Below are positions 25,231 to 38,969 of a stretch of 64,000 nt of DNA, piece by piece. The number at the start of each line of letters is the position of its first letter. Within the stretch, counting starts at the first letter, position 1. The stretch lies in contig NW_027266265.1 in NCBI RefSeq assembly GCF_022045235.1, positions 26,784,001-26,848,000 on the forward strand. The letters are read 5' to 3'. The position numbers and the translations under genes are program-made. The notes beneath the pieces were generated by a model. That model had not been told where the DNA came from and ran no database searches. It saw only the letters and a list, made by a program, of their open reading frames with translations. The stretch comes from Haliotis cracherodii (lineage: Eukaryota).

Positions 25231-27811
25231 GTGACATACTCTTGGAATACAAAGTAATAGATGTTTGTGTGGCTAGTTGATATACGTGACACCCTCTCGG
25301 AATACACATTAAGAGATATTTGTGTGGCTAGTTGATATACGTGACACCCTCTTGGAATACACATTAAGAGATATTTGTGTGGCTAGCTTATATACGTGAC
25401 ACCCTCTTGGAATACACATTAAGAGATATTTGTGTGGCTAGTTAATATGCGTGACACCCTCTTGGAATACACATTAAGAGATATTTGTATGGCTAGCTTA
25501 TATACGTGACACCCTCTTGGAATACACATTAAGAGATATTTGTGTGGCTAGTTAATATACGTGACACCCTCTTGGAATACACATTAAGAGATATTTGTAT
25601 GGCTAGCTTATATACGTGACACCCTCTTGGAATACACATTAAGGGATATTTGTGTGGCTAGTTAATATACGTGACACCCTCTTGGAATACACATTAAGAG
25701 ATATTTGTGTGGCTAGCTTATATACGTGACACCCTCTTGGAATACACATTAAGAGATATTTGTGTGGCTAGTTAATATACGTGACAACCTCTTGGAATAC
25801 ACATTAAGAGATATTTGTATGGCTAGCTTATATACGTGACACCCTCTTGGAATACACATTAAGAGATATTTGTGTGGCTAGTTAATATACGTGACACCCT
25901 CTTGGGATACACATTAAGAGATATTTGTATGGCTAGCTTATATACGTGACACCCTCTTGGAATACAAAGTAATAGATGTTTTGTATGGCTAGCTTATATA
26001 CGTGACACCCTCTTGGAATACACATTAAGAGATATTTGTATGGCTAGCTTATATACATGACACCCTCTTGGAATACAAAGTAATAGATATTTGTATGGCT
26101 AGCTTATATACGTGACACCCCCTTGGAATACACATTAAGAGATATTTGTATGGCTAGCTTATATACGTGACACCCTCTTGGAATACAAAGTAATAGATGT
26201 TTGTATGGCTAGCTTATATACGTGACACCCTCTTGGAATACACATTAAGAGATATTTGTGTGGCTAGTTAATATACGTGACACCCTCTTGGAATGCACAT
26301 TAAGAGATATTTGTGTGGCTTGTTGATATACGTGACACACTCTTGGAATACACATTAAGAGATATTTGTATGGCTAGCTTATATACGTGACACCCTCTTG
26401 GAATACACATTAAGAAATATTTGTATGGCTAGCTTAATATACGTGACACTCTCTTGGAATACACATTAAGAGATATTTGTGTGGCTAGTTAATATACGTG
26501 ACACCCTCTTGGAATAAACATTAAGAGATATTTGTGTGGCTAGTTAATATACGTGACACCCTCTTGGAATACACATTAAGAGATATTTGTGTGGCTAGTT
26601 AATATGCGTGACACCCTCTTGGAATACAAAGTAATAGATGTTTGTATTGCTAGCTTATATACGTGACACCCTCTTGGAATACACATTAAGAGATATTTGT
26701 GTGGCTAGCTTATATACGTGACACCCTCTTGGAATACACATTAAGAGATATTTGTGTGGCTAGTTAATATACGTGACACCCTCTTGGAATACACATTAAG
26801 AGATATTTGTATGGCTAGCTTATATACGTGACACCCTCTTGGAATACACATTAAGAGATATTTGTGTGGCTAGTTAATATACGTGACACCCTCTTGGAAT
26901 ACACATTAAGAGATATTTGTGTGGCTAGCTTATATACGTGACATACTCTTGGAATACACATTAAGATATATTTGTATGGCTAGCTTATATACGTGACACC
27001 CTCTTGGAATACAAAGTAATAGATGTTTTGTATGGCTAGCTTATATACGTGACACCCTCTTGGAATACACATTAAGAGATATTTGTATGGCTAGCTTATA
27101 TACGTGACACCCTCTTGGAATACAAAGTAATAGATGTTTGTATGGCTAGCTTATATACGTGACACCCCCTTGGAATACACATTAAGAGATATTTGTATGG
27201 CTAGCTTATATACGTGACACCCTCTTGGAATACAAAGTAATAGATGTTTGTATGGCTAGCTTATATACGTGACAACCTCTTGGAATACACATTAAGAGAT
27301 ATTTGTGTGGCTAGTTAATATACGTGACACCCTCTTGGAATGCACATTAAGAGATATTTGTGTGGCTTGCTGATATACGTGACACACTCTTGGAATACAC
27401 ATTAAGAGATATTTGTGTGGCTAGCTTATATACGTGACACCCTCTTGGAATACACATTAAGAAATATTTGTATGGCTAGCTTAATATACGTGACACTCTC
27501 TTGGAATACACATTAAGAGATATTTGTGTGGCTAGTTAATATACGTGACACCCTCTTGGAATAAACATTAAGAGATATTTGTGTGGCTAGTTAATATACG
27601 TGACACCCTCTTGGAATACACATTAAGAGATATTTGTGTGGCTAGTTAATATGCGTGACACCCTCTTGGAATACACATTAAGAGATATTTGTGTGGCTAG
27701 TTAATATGCGTGACACCCTCTTCGAATACACATTAAGAGATATTTGTGTGGCTAGCTTATATACGTGACACCCTCTTGGAATACACATTAAGAGATATTT
27801 GTGTGGCTAGT
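25231..27811. repeat. Minisatellite, 55-bp unit, ~47 copies, with a 1047-bp higher-order duplication
   Basis: gtgacaccctcttggaatac at 25341, 25396...; rare variants recur 1047 bp apart. Confidence 0.97.
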
Positions 27812-29272
27812 CACATCTTCATCACGAGAGCGATGTCATTTTGAAAATGGTTTAATGAAAAAGCTGATGTGTCCAACGATACACCAACCGTATGTATACA
27901 TATAGCGAGGGGACGTTCGTCTGCAGATGGTCAGACAGTCTGCTGGTCTACTGGTCAGGCAGTATACTGGTGATGAAGAACTAGATGTGGTGATGTCTTA
28001 TCGTGTCGATTGATTCAGGAAGTAGTTTGGTAAATCCCGCTGTTAGTTAAAAGGAAAGTTTCAATTATTGTCTAGCTAACGCAGTTGTCAATGTGGCAGA
28101 TATTATCGGGGCTGATGAAACTTTCAATTATTGTTTAAGAGGATAAGAATTTATAATAAACGTTTCAAATACGTTTTGGGCTTATGAAACTGTTGAAGGG
28201 TTTCAATGGTTATTTCAAAGGCTTAACGAGGTTGTAACAGATGTTTCGGATATTACATGGGCTTGTTAAAGTGTTACTGTTCCAATGTTTGCATCATAGG
28301 CCAACGACGTTATGCTAATTGGTTCAGGTCTGGGCTATGAGACATAACATTGGCTTGAGTCACTGTCAAGGAGTACATAACTCAGATAAAAGGATGCCAT
28401 CGAACATTTAATTATATGGTTGATGTGATTAAAGCAATGGCAATGTGGATGGGGCTTACCGTAGCTATGAAATTGTCGAAACACTCGAATCCAACGGTAA
28501 ACCAACGTTACAATGGGGAACGGCATCAGATTTGCAAACGCCGCCATTGGCATAGTTTGTTGTCGCGTTGGAGTTGACTGTACTCCAGGGACGTGCTCGT
28601 CACTAGCGATATCCGATAGGCCCCTGAGAACACTGTCTTCGCAGTTTGGCAATAGAATGATTAGAAAAAGACGGAAAAAGGTCACGTTAAGCAATTATTT
28701 GCGTGTGTTGTAAAATTGGCCCTGTTTTAACGGGCTTGTTAAGGTAAATGTTAATAGCAAAGCTGAGGCTAGTAAGGCTTTTATAGGGGTTGTGAAAGTG
28801 GGGCGTGTGATCATCTTAAGTAAAGGGATTGTGTGTGCGTGCGCGCGTGTGTGTGTGTGGGTGGGTGGGGGTGGGGGTGGTGGTGTGTGTGTGGGGTGGG
28901 GGTGGGGGGTGGGGTTAAGCTGGTGACCGTCTTCAAGTAATGGGCTTATGATTGGGTGGGAGCTCTGAAATGGTTATATTTTCATTTTTAATGAGTGGGT
29001 TTAACTTATATCATCATCATCACCACCACCACCTCCCATATCCATATCCGTATCCGTATCCGCTTCACAATCTTAACCTTGTGCTAGAACCAGGTAATGG
29101 ATTAACAGCGATGGGAGAAAAAGACCACGCACAATACGCCGTGTTCACACCAGTAATGGTCGTATCAGTGGTTATGCTAGATTACGCCTGTAAATACGGG
29201 GTTGTTATTCAGGATGGACACATACACACGCAGGTCATGCCAACAGTCAGCTTCAAATAAGTGGCCCACGGA

Positions 29273-31521
29273 CAGGGTGCTGTACTGCTTGGCTTCAGAA
29301 AACACATTGCTGTCAGTTGGCAGGGTGCTGTACTGCTTGCCTTCAGACAACACATTGCTGCCAGTTGGCAGGGTGCTGTACTGCTTGGCTTCAGACAACA
29401 CATTGCTTCTAGTTGGCAGGGTGCTGTACTGCTTGGCTTCAGACAACACATTGCTGCCAGTTGGCAGGGTGCTGTACTGCTTGGCTTCAGACAAAACATT
29501 GCTTCTAGTTGGCAGGGTGTTATACTGCTTCAGACAACACATTGCTGCCAGTTGGCAGGGTGCTGTACTGCTTGGCTTCAGACAAAACATTGCTTCTAGT
29601 TGACAGGGTGTTATACTGCTTCAGACAACACATTGCTGCCAGCTGGCAGGGTGCTGTACTGCTTGACTTCAGCCAACACATTGCTTCTAGTTGGCAGGGT
29701 GCTGTACTGCTTGGCTTCAGACAACACATTGCTTCTTGTTGGCAGGGTGTTATACTGCTTTGAACAGACAACACATTGCTTCTAGTTGGCAGGGTGCTGT
29801 ACTGCTTGGCTTCAGACAACATATTGCTGCCAGTTAGCAGGGTGCTGTACTTCTTGGCTTCAGACAAAACATTGCTGCCAGTTGGCAGGGTGCTGTACTG
29901 CTTGACTTCAGACAAAACATTGCTTCTATTTGGCAGGGTGTTATACTGCTTTGAACAGACAACACATTACTTCTAGTTGGCAGGGTGGTGTGCTGCTTGG
30001 CTTCAGACAACATATTGCTTCTAGTTGGCAGGGTGCTGTACTGGTTGGCTTCTGACAACACATTGCTTCTAGTTGGCAGGGTGTTATACTGCTTTGAACA
30101 GACAACACATTGCTTCTAGTTTGGCAGGGTGCTGTACTGCTTGGCTTCAGACAACACATTGCTTCTTGTTGGCAGGGGTCTGTACTGCTTGGCTTCAGAC
30201 AACACATTGCTGCCAGTTGGCAGGGTGCTTTACTGCTTGCCTTCAGAAAACACATTGCTTCTAGTTGGCAGGGTGCTGTATTGCTTGGCTTCAGACAACA
30301 CATTGCTTCTTGTTGGCAGGGTGCTGTACTGCTTGGTTTCAGACAACACATTGCTGCCAGTTGGCAGGGTGCTGTACTGCTTGACTTCAGACAACACATT
30401 GCTTCTATTTGGCAGGGTTTTATACTGCTTTGAACAGACAACACATTACTTCTAGTTGGCAGGGTGCTGTACTGCTTGGCTTCAGACAACATATTGCTTC
30501 TAGTTGGCAGGGTGCTGTACTGCTTGGCTTCTGACAACACATTGCTTCTAGTTGGCAGGGTGTTATACTGCTTTGAACAGACAACACATTGCTTCTAGTT
30601 GGCAGGGTGCTGTATTGCTTGGCTTCAGACAACACATTGCTTCTTGTTGGCAGGGTGCTGTACTGCTTGGCTTCAGACAACACATTGCTGCCAGTTGGCA
30701 GGGTGCTGTACTGCTTGCCTTCAGAAAACACATTGCTTCTAGTTGGCAGGGTGCTGTATTGCTTGGCTTCAGACAACACATTGCTTCTTGTTGGCAGGGT
30801 GCTGTACTGCTTGGCTTCAGACAACACATTGCTGCCAGTTGGCAGGGTGCTGTACTGCTTGACTTCAGACAACACATTGCTTCTATTTGGCAGGGTGTTA
30901 TACTGCTTTGAACAGACAACACATTACTTCTAGTTGGCAGGGTGCTGTACTGCTTGGCTTCAGACAACACATTGCTTCTAGTTGGCAGGGTGTTATACTG
31001 CTTTGAACAGAAAACACATTGCTTCTAGTTGGCAGGGTGCTGTATTGCTTGGCTTCAGACAACACATTGCTTCTAGTTGGCAGGGTGCTGTACTGCTTGG
31101 CTTCAGACAACACATTGCTGCCAGTTGGCAGGGTGCTTTACTGCTTGCCTTCAGAAAACACATTGCTTCTAGTTGGCAGGGTGCTGTACTGCTTGGCTTC
31201 AGACAACACATTGCTTCTAGTTAGCAGGGTGCTGTACTGCTTGGCTTCAGACAACACATTGCTGCCAGTTGGCAGGGTCTGTACTGCTTGGCTTCAGATA
31301 ACACATTGCTTCTAGTTGGCAGGGTGCTGTACTGCTTGGCTTCAGACAACACATTGCTTCTAGTTGGCAGGGTGCTGCACTGCTTGGCTTCAGACAACAC
31401 ATTGCTTCTTGTTGGCAGGGTGCTGTACTGCTTGGCTTCAGACAACACATTGCTGCCAGTTGGCAGGATGCTACATGTACTGCTTGGCTTCAGACAACAC
31501 ATTGCTTCTAGTTGGCAGGGT
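29273..31521. repeat. Minisatellite, 48-bp unit with ~478-bp (10-mer) higher-order period
   Basis: ttggcagggtgctgtactgcttggcttcagacaacacattgc repeats; ctatttgg variant at 29926, 30405, 30883. Confidence 0.97.
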
Positions 31522-31850
31522 AGATGTTGTTGGTAATCAACACCAAGAAGATCTATTCTGGGAATCTGGGGAAGCGCCAACACACATATTACTACGATAT
31601 TAGTCTGAAATAGAAAACTAATTTCCTATTTTTGGGGTCGTGTAATCAGATGGACGAATACTTGTTTGACGTCTTATGTTGTGAGAATCAATTAGATGTT
31701 CTGAAGTCATCATTGTACAATACTTCCGGTTAACCTAACATAGCCAATCAAAAAATGATCCTAAAGCCATGACAGATGAGGTTATTTCACTGAGCATGTA
31801 TTTACAACTGCTTGGTCATAAATGTGTGCCATGTCCCGACATAGCACTGC

Positions 31851-32457
31851 CGAGAACATGTGTAGCGGAGAACATGTGTAGTGGAGAACATGTGTATTCG
31901 AGAACATGTGTAGCGGAGAACATGTGTAGCGAAGAACATGTGTAGCAGAGAACATGTATATCGGAGAACATGTGTAGCGGAGAACATGTGTATCGGAGAA
32001 CATGTGTACCGGAGAACATGTGTATTCGAGAACATGTGTAGCGGAGAACATGTGTATTCAAGAACATGTGTAGCGGAGAACATATGTATTCAAGAACATG
32101 TGTATCGGAGAACATGTGTATTCGAGAACATGTATCTGAGAACATGTGTAGCGGAGAACATGTGTAGCGGAGAACATGTGTAGCAGAGAACATGTGTATT
32201 CGAGAACATGTATCGGAGAACATGTGTAGCGGAGAACATGTCTAGTGGAGAACATGTGTAGCGGAGAACATGTGTATTCGAGAACATGTGTAGCGGAGAA
32301 CATGTGTAGCGGAGAACATGTGTATTCGAGAACATGTGTATTCGAGAACATGTATCGGAGAACATGTGTAGCGGAGAACATGTCTAGTGGAGAACATGTG
32401 TAACGGAGAACATGTGTAGCGGAGAACATGTGTAGCGGAGAACATGTGTAGCGGAGA
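31851..32457. repeat. Minisatellite, 16-bp unit (ggagaacatgtgtagc)
   Basis: Direct periodicity. Confidence 0.96.
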
Positions 32458-32866
32458 AGCCGCGTGCCACATCGGCACATGGTGGGCGTCACACGTCAAA
32501 ATAATAGCATTTATATATTCCGGCAGTTCATTAACACTATACAAAGCACGCCACTGAGGACCGACTTTTAAGCATGATATCTTTCAATAAACGTGAACTA
32601 TGTTAATCCAAACGGCGAGGTTCCTAGTTAAACCACCCAGAATAACAAATGTTCGGATGAACAAATCATAGGTTCATTGTAATATCACTGTAATCAGTAT
32701 AGACATTCAAAACAGTAATCGCCCAGAGGGCGGGGTTTTCGAGTTAATGAGGTTTCACAGTATTTGAATCTGTCGCTGGTAAAGGGAGTAGTTGTTCTTA
32801 CACACCTGTGGGTGAAACCCATTTGATAGGACTCGTATGATCTGTGTGAGTTCGAATTCCTGATTG

Positions 32867-33353
32867 TTTGGTGTTTAACGTCGCACTCAGCAATATTCCA
32901 GCTAAATGACGGCGGCCTGTAAATAATCGAGTCTGGACCAGACAATCCAGTGATTGACATCCTAAACATCGATCTACGCAATTGGGATACGATGACATGC
33001 AGCAACCGAGTCAGCGAGCCTGACCACCCGATCCCGTAAGTCGCCTTTTGCCACAAGCATTGGTTGCTGAAGATCTTTTCTAACCTGCAATTCATTGATA
33101 CGTCATTTGTGCTTCATCATAAAATACATACAAATGTTAGGGGGTAGTTTTATTTGTTTCTCGTGCTCCACAATAATCCAGCTATATGAAGGCAGTCTGT
33201 AAATAATTGAACCAGACGGTCCAGTGATTGGCATCTATCTTTGTAATTGTGATACGACACATCAACCGTGGCGCTGAGCCTGACCGCCAGATCCCGTTAG
33301 TCGCTACTAGCATGGGTTGCTGAAGACGAATTCTAACCCGTATCTTCACGGGT
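32867..33353 (-). mobile_element. Two family B elements (non-tRNA head, SINE-like)
   Basis: 32867-33085 and ~33160-33353 match the reverse complement of 49009-49350. Confidence 0.85.
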
Positions 33354-33913
33354 AGATTAGGTAGTCAAACAAAGTGGAACAATTTGAATCAAACGTCCTG
33401 GAGCTGCCTATTGCCCTAATGTCATACTCCCCACTGTGGAGATTCCAGGTCCTCGTGGAAGCCCAGTACTGCATGCTTGTAGAAACAGCCAACTGGTTGG
33501 GGGCATGGGTGGTCAGGCTCTTGGTGTGTCGTCGTATCCGGATGGCGTGGAATGTAGCCCCTGCTTCCAGTCACAGTTTACAGTCTAGAGTGATATAGCT
33601 GGAATAATGCTGACTGTGGTACAAAACAACATGCATTCATTCTCAGCCTCCTGTTACTATCGACTTCCTATAAGCGGAGTTTCCACCCTGGAAGTGTTTG
33701 TATGTGTGTCTGGGTACTCCTAGTTATCATGTTCCCCAGGCACACAGGATGAGGGGTTGATCGACCACTGTAGAGACTGACCTGGTTTTTCCTGTTTTGA
33801 AGAATGACCAGTTTGACTAAAACTCTTCAGAGACAAGAGGCAGAGAGGATGGTCTTATCACCCTACACTCCCTTATATCTCATGTGTCAAATTGAATGTT
33901 TGTGATAAAAAAA

Positions 33914-34015
33914 CAATCCAGTGATTGACATCTTGAACATCGATCTACGCAATTGGGATACGATGACATGCATCAACCGAGTCAGTGAGCATGACCACCC
34001 GACCCGTAAGTCGCC
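33914..34015 (-). mobile_element. Family B fragment
   Basis: caatccagtgattgacatc...catgaccacccgacccgtaagtcgcc. Confidence 0.8.
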
Positions 34016-34281
34016 TGCACTTGTCTTCTTCTTGGGGGCACTTTCACATGTAATATTACTTTCCTGGAGACTATTTGCCACCCCCACCTGAACTGCCGTT
34101 GGAGGCTCAAGCACATAGATAATACGGATGGTATTTAAATGTTGCTGTAGTGGGTGCACACATAGGCAGTGTTGGGTGATATATATATGTATTCAAAAAT
34201 CTCTGGTCCCTGAGGTCATTTCTGGTGAAACATGTACTTAGACGTCTTATTCTGCCAGTGACTTTACCTAGGGTAACCTCA

Positions 34282-34800
34282 TTATGTCATCCTTTAACCA
34301 TGCTGATTGCAGGACCCATAAGGTCGGGTAAAATGTTATTTGTCAAAGCATTCCTTGACCCTGATCCTTCCCATCTCAGGGGTTTGTTTGAGTGTACATG
34401 TATGAGGACTTAGAGTTCTAACATCCAGGTTAGGCATTCCACTCAAGTCTGTGCAAATCATTGCCGACGACAACACGCAGTTACCTGTTTGAACCAGTAG
34501 TAAAACAAACACAGCGTGTCGTAAGTGTGGAAGTGGGAGGAGGGGGTGTCTGCCGGCACCACACTGGTTGGTCGTTGGTATAGTTTGCTTGGAGACAATA
34601 ACACGGAGAAAGAGGTTGATGTGTTCTGTGTTGCACTTAACCCCAAAACGCTTTGCCTCTTCGCCTGATCATCTTACCTTTAGTTTGAAAGCCCTTTACC
34701 TGGCACTGTTTAAAAAACCCAGGGATGCCTCTCAAATCAATCACTTGGCCAGACAGATGTCTTTATTCGTGAGCATATGATGATGCCTCCCTGGCTCCTT
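34282..34800 (+). pseudogene. Polinton A32-like packaging ATPase remnant
   Basis: LCHPLTMLIAGPIRSGKMLFV (Walker A) and SLKALYLALFKKPRDASQINHLARQM. Confidence 0.8.
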
Positions 34801-35353
34801 ATTCCTTGAAACCTACCAGCCTCTACATTCCCAAGTGGAAAACAGATAAACAGAGACAACAGTCCATCCAAGGGTTCAGTTGACAGAAACAGACCAAGCC
34901 GCACCGGCGGCTCAAGTCACCCACAGGATTGTTTAAAACTGTCAGACACAAACCAGTTCATACCTCTCTGGGTTATGATGCAACTGAACAATATCAATCT
35001 GCCATTCATAGGTACACCACAGTCTAAACTCTCCTCCATATGGTGCAGACAAAAGGAAGAACTCCATTGACAAATTGTATCCCACTGCACCCATGGCTAC
35101 GTCCAGACCCTTCATTCCCGTCAGTAGTCATTGCCTGACCCCTCCTTCCTTCTCTCCTCTCTAGATTACTCTCTCCTTGACTCCCTTTCGAGATTTGACC
35201 GAAACATCCTACTCCTACAATCCCCAACTCCCCAGACGAACCCAAACGGGTCTTCTCAGTGGATTCACTTTTAATAAAACAGAGAAGAGAGTGTGACCAG
35301 TGACGGTGTCATCAGACAGGCGAAGAGAAAAACTTATCCACCCTGCCGATATG

Positions 35354-35735
35354 TTCTATTATTATGATCCCAAACATCCTGCAGGGTCCCAAACATCCTG
35401 CAGGGTATGGTGGCTGGCTTGCATTGTGGCAAGCACGCTAAAGCTTCTGGGATGCCAGATTCGTCAATGACTGAAAACCCAGGACACTTGCACATTGCAC
35501 AAGCCTTCCCGACGATCGTTTCCCAGGGACTTACCGTGTTGGTGGCATGGATGTCTTGTGGCAAGCTGATTTGAGGGAGCTAATGGCTTATCAGCAAGAG
35601 GGCCAAGGCTACCGCTATTTGCTGTGTGTCATCAATGTCTTCTGCAAGATGTTCAACCCAAGAAATGCAAAGACCAGCTCCTGTTTGGCATCTCAACGGG
35701 TCCTGAAATATGCCAAAGGCACCGAATTTGTCATA
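35354..35735 (+). pseudogene. Polinton rve integrase remnant
   Basis: YYDPKHPAG..YGG, then GMDVLWQADL...GYRYLLCVINVFCK; frameshifted. Confidence 0.85.
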
Positions 35736-35999
35736 AAGCTTCTCAGGTAAAGAAACGTCGCCGAGAACGACCCATGGATGTCCATCTCAACATTCCCCTG
35801 GATGAAATTCGTGTCTTGGAGGACATGGAACAACAACAGTAACAGCATAGATCAAGTCCGGTACCCGAGTATGTCTGAACAAAACAAAAGGTACTTTTGA
35901 AAATGGTTATCATCTTAAGGGACTGACCTTTGGATATTCAAGAGAGAAGGGGTGAAGAGGAGGGGTCTTGGGATTTATCGGTCCCCACTAACCCAGTGA

Positions 36000-36340
36000 G
36001 GTGTTCACTGATGTTCGTCCTAACGACTAAGTGAATCTGTATGAGATCTAACTACCATTTCCGATCCAGATGAACTGTCAGCCATGGGAAGTGGGTGTCA
36101 ATGAACTTCACTCTCCAATGATATGATACAATGGTGTTCCCCCTTCATGTGAACCTAAAAACTTACACAAGAATTTATAGCTCAGCAGTGAGCTATGCCC
36201 ACTTGGTAGAAGAGACATACGGTATCTCCCCTGTGTCCAGTGGTAAGATCACCATTCCCGAAGGCATCTTTTCCAGTAAAGATTTGATCCAGAACCCGAC
36301 TGCCTTGTTCCAACAAACCTGTGCCAACGCATCATTCTGA
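36000..36340 (+). pseudogene. Polinton minor capsid (penton)-like remnant
   Basis: WEVGVNELHSP at 36085 and ITIPEGIFSSKDL resemble WEVGLxEIxYP and IPxGxYxS motifs. Confidence 0.55.
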
Positions 36341-37047
36341 TGGACGACTCTATAGCATCACATTCGCCTACCCAGAGACGATCTCCGATGTGAAATGTGT
36401 AGAGAGACCCCTATGGAGTTCTTATCCCCAAACCCTAAAGCTACATTTTTTATCGGAGGTGGTCAGGAACCGCAGCTCTTTTTGGTACACATGTTGGGAT
36501 TTGGTTAGCTGTGGATGTAGACTGGAAATGGATGATGTGTCGGATGACTTGATCCACGTGCGTGTTCTTGAGCACCCTCTAATCCAAAACAAGAAAAACC
36601 AGTGTTCATCTGTCTAGTTTTGATAGTGTCTACATTTTTTCGGATGTGGTGGAAGATCAAATTTGTATGGGACATAATGCCAGAACGAGTCTGCCCTGTT
36701 GTTCCTCCAATCTGCCCTTTATACCTTCGCAGTGATCTTGAACTTTCGGGAATGACAGCGGCTATATAAGCTAGCCATGATATAATTGACATAAAAGTTG
36801 ACTGAAATATCAGTCATTCAATTTGACATAGGTGTGTGGTAATTAAAACGTGCTGAAGTATTAGCCAAAAAAAAAGGAATATAATAAATTTCTTTACTTA
36901 GACTACAATATGTTTAGTGAAGATTTAGTATTGCTAAAGGTATTTAACACAACGTTACCAATCTTTATACAGCTGCTTCGACAATATACGGAAAGGATAA
37001 AGGTTCCCAATATCGACAGGCTCTGTTTTGGGGTTCCATGTGTACAT

Positions 37048-37197
37048 GAGTGAGTGAGTATGGTTTTACGCCGCTGTTAGTGATATATTCCAGCGATATC
37101 AAGGCGGTGGACACCAGAAATGGCTGCACACGTTGTACCGGTGTCGGGAATCGAACCCGGACCTTCGGCGTGACGAGCAAACGAACGCTCCTAACCA
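37048..37197 (-). mobile_element. tRNA-derived SINE (family A)
   Basis: (gagt)n tail, gggaatcgaacccgg (B-box, reverse complement); matches 38271 and 41816 copies. Confidence 0.85.
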
Positions 37198-37964
37198 CGT
37201 GTACATGAATATGAACAGAATCTGTTACGTGTACATACTATATTCAGATTCAAATTAATTGTATCATGATTATCATCGCCGTCGAATCTGGTATATAATA
37301 TAATATAGTAACTATTTAGTTCCTGTTCTTTGCTACAAAACTTGATTTTAAGGGACTTGTCTAAGATGTTACCAGATGTATACACAGCAAAATAACAACC
37401 GGCTGGGGCTATGACATCAATACATACACACAGCATCCCCCAAACCTATGTATATTTGGAACTAAAGCATGTGTGGAATACTGTAAATAATTGTATACCA
37501 TAGTTACCCCTTCCTTTTTCGGCGTCAATAACAGGCATGTGTGATTCAAAAGCCTTGGTGCGTTTCACCTTAAGGCAATGAAATCAAGCAGTATTCAAGC
37601 GAGATATTTCGGAACCATTTTATTTCTGAAAGTGATCAATCACATATTTTTATTTGGATAATATCGGCCAACACATCAAATATTGTATTCTCTGAATTAA
37701 TTGTGGACTAACATGTTTTAACAACAGGAAAATCATGAATATATATTATTAAGATTTGGTTCTATTTCGTTTGGATTTAAATCATTTCTAAACAAGGTAA
37801 CATGTCATAAAAATGGGGTAAATTATTGGACATACACTTAACAGCGTATTAACCTTGTGACCGTGTCTCAGTGGGGAGGAAGTGCACTCAACTCTTATAA
37901 AGACGGGGATATTATTAAATGACTGATCATTGACTGAGATCCCGACAAGGCTCAGGATTTCCAC

Positions 37965-38075
37965 ACTCAGCAGTAATCAGGCAATACGACGGCTGCCCGT
38001 AAATAATCGAGTCTGGACCAGCCAATCCAGTGATTGACATGATGAGCATCGATCCACGCAATTGACGTGATCAGT
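37965..38075 (-). mobile_element. Family B 3' fragment
   Basis: cactcagcag...taaataatcgagtctggacca... Confidence 0.75.
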
Positions 38076-38270
38076 CATACAGGGGGAGTATTAAGAACGC
38101 CTCAACGACGACTGCTCGACGATTGTGTGTCTAGTCAATTCAAGTTCCGAAGCCTGGATCTTTTGTGCAGATGTCGGTACGATATTCCTTCTACCATTCC
38201 TCACACCATTCCAACGGCGCCTATTTTTACGTTGTTTTTTACATTACCTGTAATATTGATGCACACGAAT

Positions 38271-38439
38271 GAGTGAGTGAGTGAGTATGGTTTTACGCCG
38301 CTTTTAGCAATATTCCAACAATATAACGGCAGGGGACACCTGAAATGGGCTTCACACATTGTACCCATGTCGGGAATCGAACCCGGGTCTTCGGCGTGAC
38401 GAGCGAACGCTTTAACCGCTAGGCTACCCGACCGCCCCC
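38271..38439 (-). mobile_element. tRNA-derived SINE (family A), full length
   Basis: A-box (gtagcctagcgg) and B-box on minus strand; (actc)n tail. Confidence 0.9.
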
Positions 38440-38969
38440 GTCAAGCTTTAAAAAGAGATAGGCGCTTGGATCGCTTTTTGTCATGAGAAAAACTTGGAAT
38501 CTGAAATTAATTTCTCTGGCAAAAATAATATATGGCACCAATTTTCGAAGTCTTGACAAGTATCTCTTGGATAGGCATGCAAACTTCCATTCGTGTAACT
38601 TCAGTAGTTTCTGAGACAACTTGCTTTTAGAGTCAATTGTCCCCCATTGAGACGCGGACGGACGTGCCCCCTCCTTTGTGAGGATTGACAACGGGGATTA
38701 GTGTCTTATATAAATAATTACAATTAAGTTATGGAGACATATTCAGGTCATGGCTACAGGTTAATTAGCCTTTGGAATCAAATGTACTAGATCTACGTTC
38801 AAAAGTTCAGATCAGTTCTGTCAAAGAGAATATAGGTATTTAGAAACAAAACCCACGTGTATCCATTATATGACCACAAGATTAAATCAGCTGTTTGACG
38901 TGACGTCATCAACGTCACAACACGCAAGGTCAAACCACGCGCAACTGCCCATACGACAGCGTCGGGAAA

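Larger units (their letters stand above)
34282..36340 (+). mobile_element. Decayed Polinton/Maverick remnant
   Basis: Collinear fragments of packaging ATPase, retroviral-type integrase and minor-capsid-like protein on one strand. Confidence 0.8.

Noticed and set aside
28952-29260. Poly-His / PY-repeat ORF
   Set aside because: Short simple repeats, no credible start or homology
38271-38439. tRNA gene
   Set aside because: A/B boxes continue into a SINE body and simple-repeat tail, with multiple diverged copies
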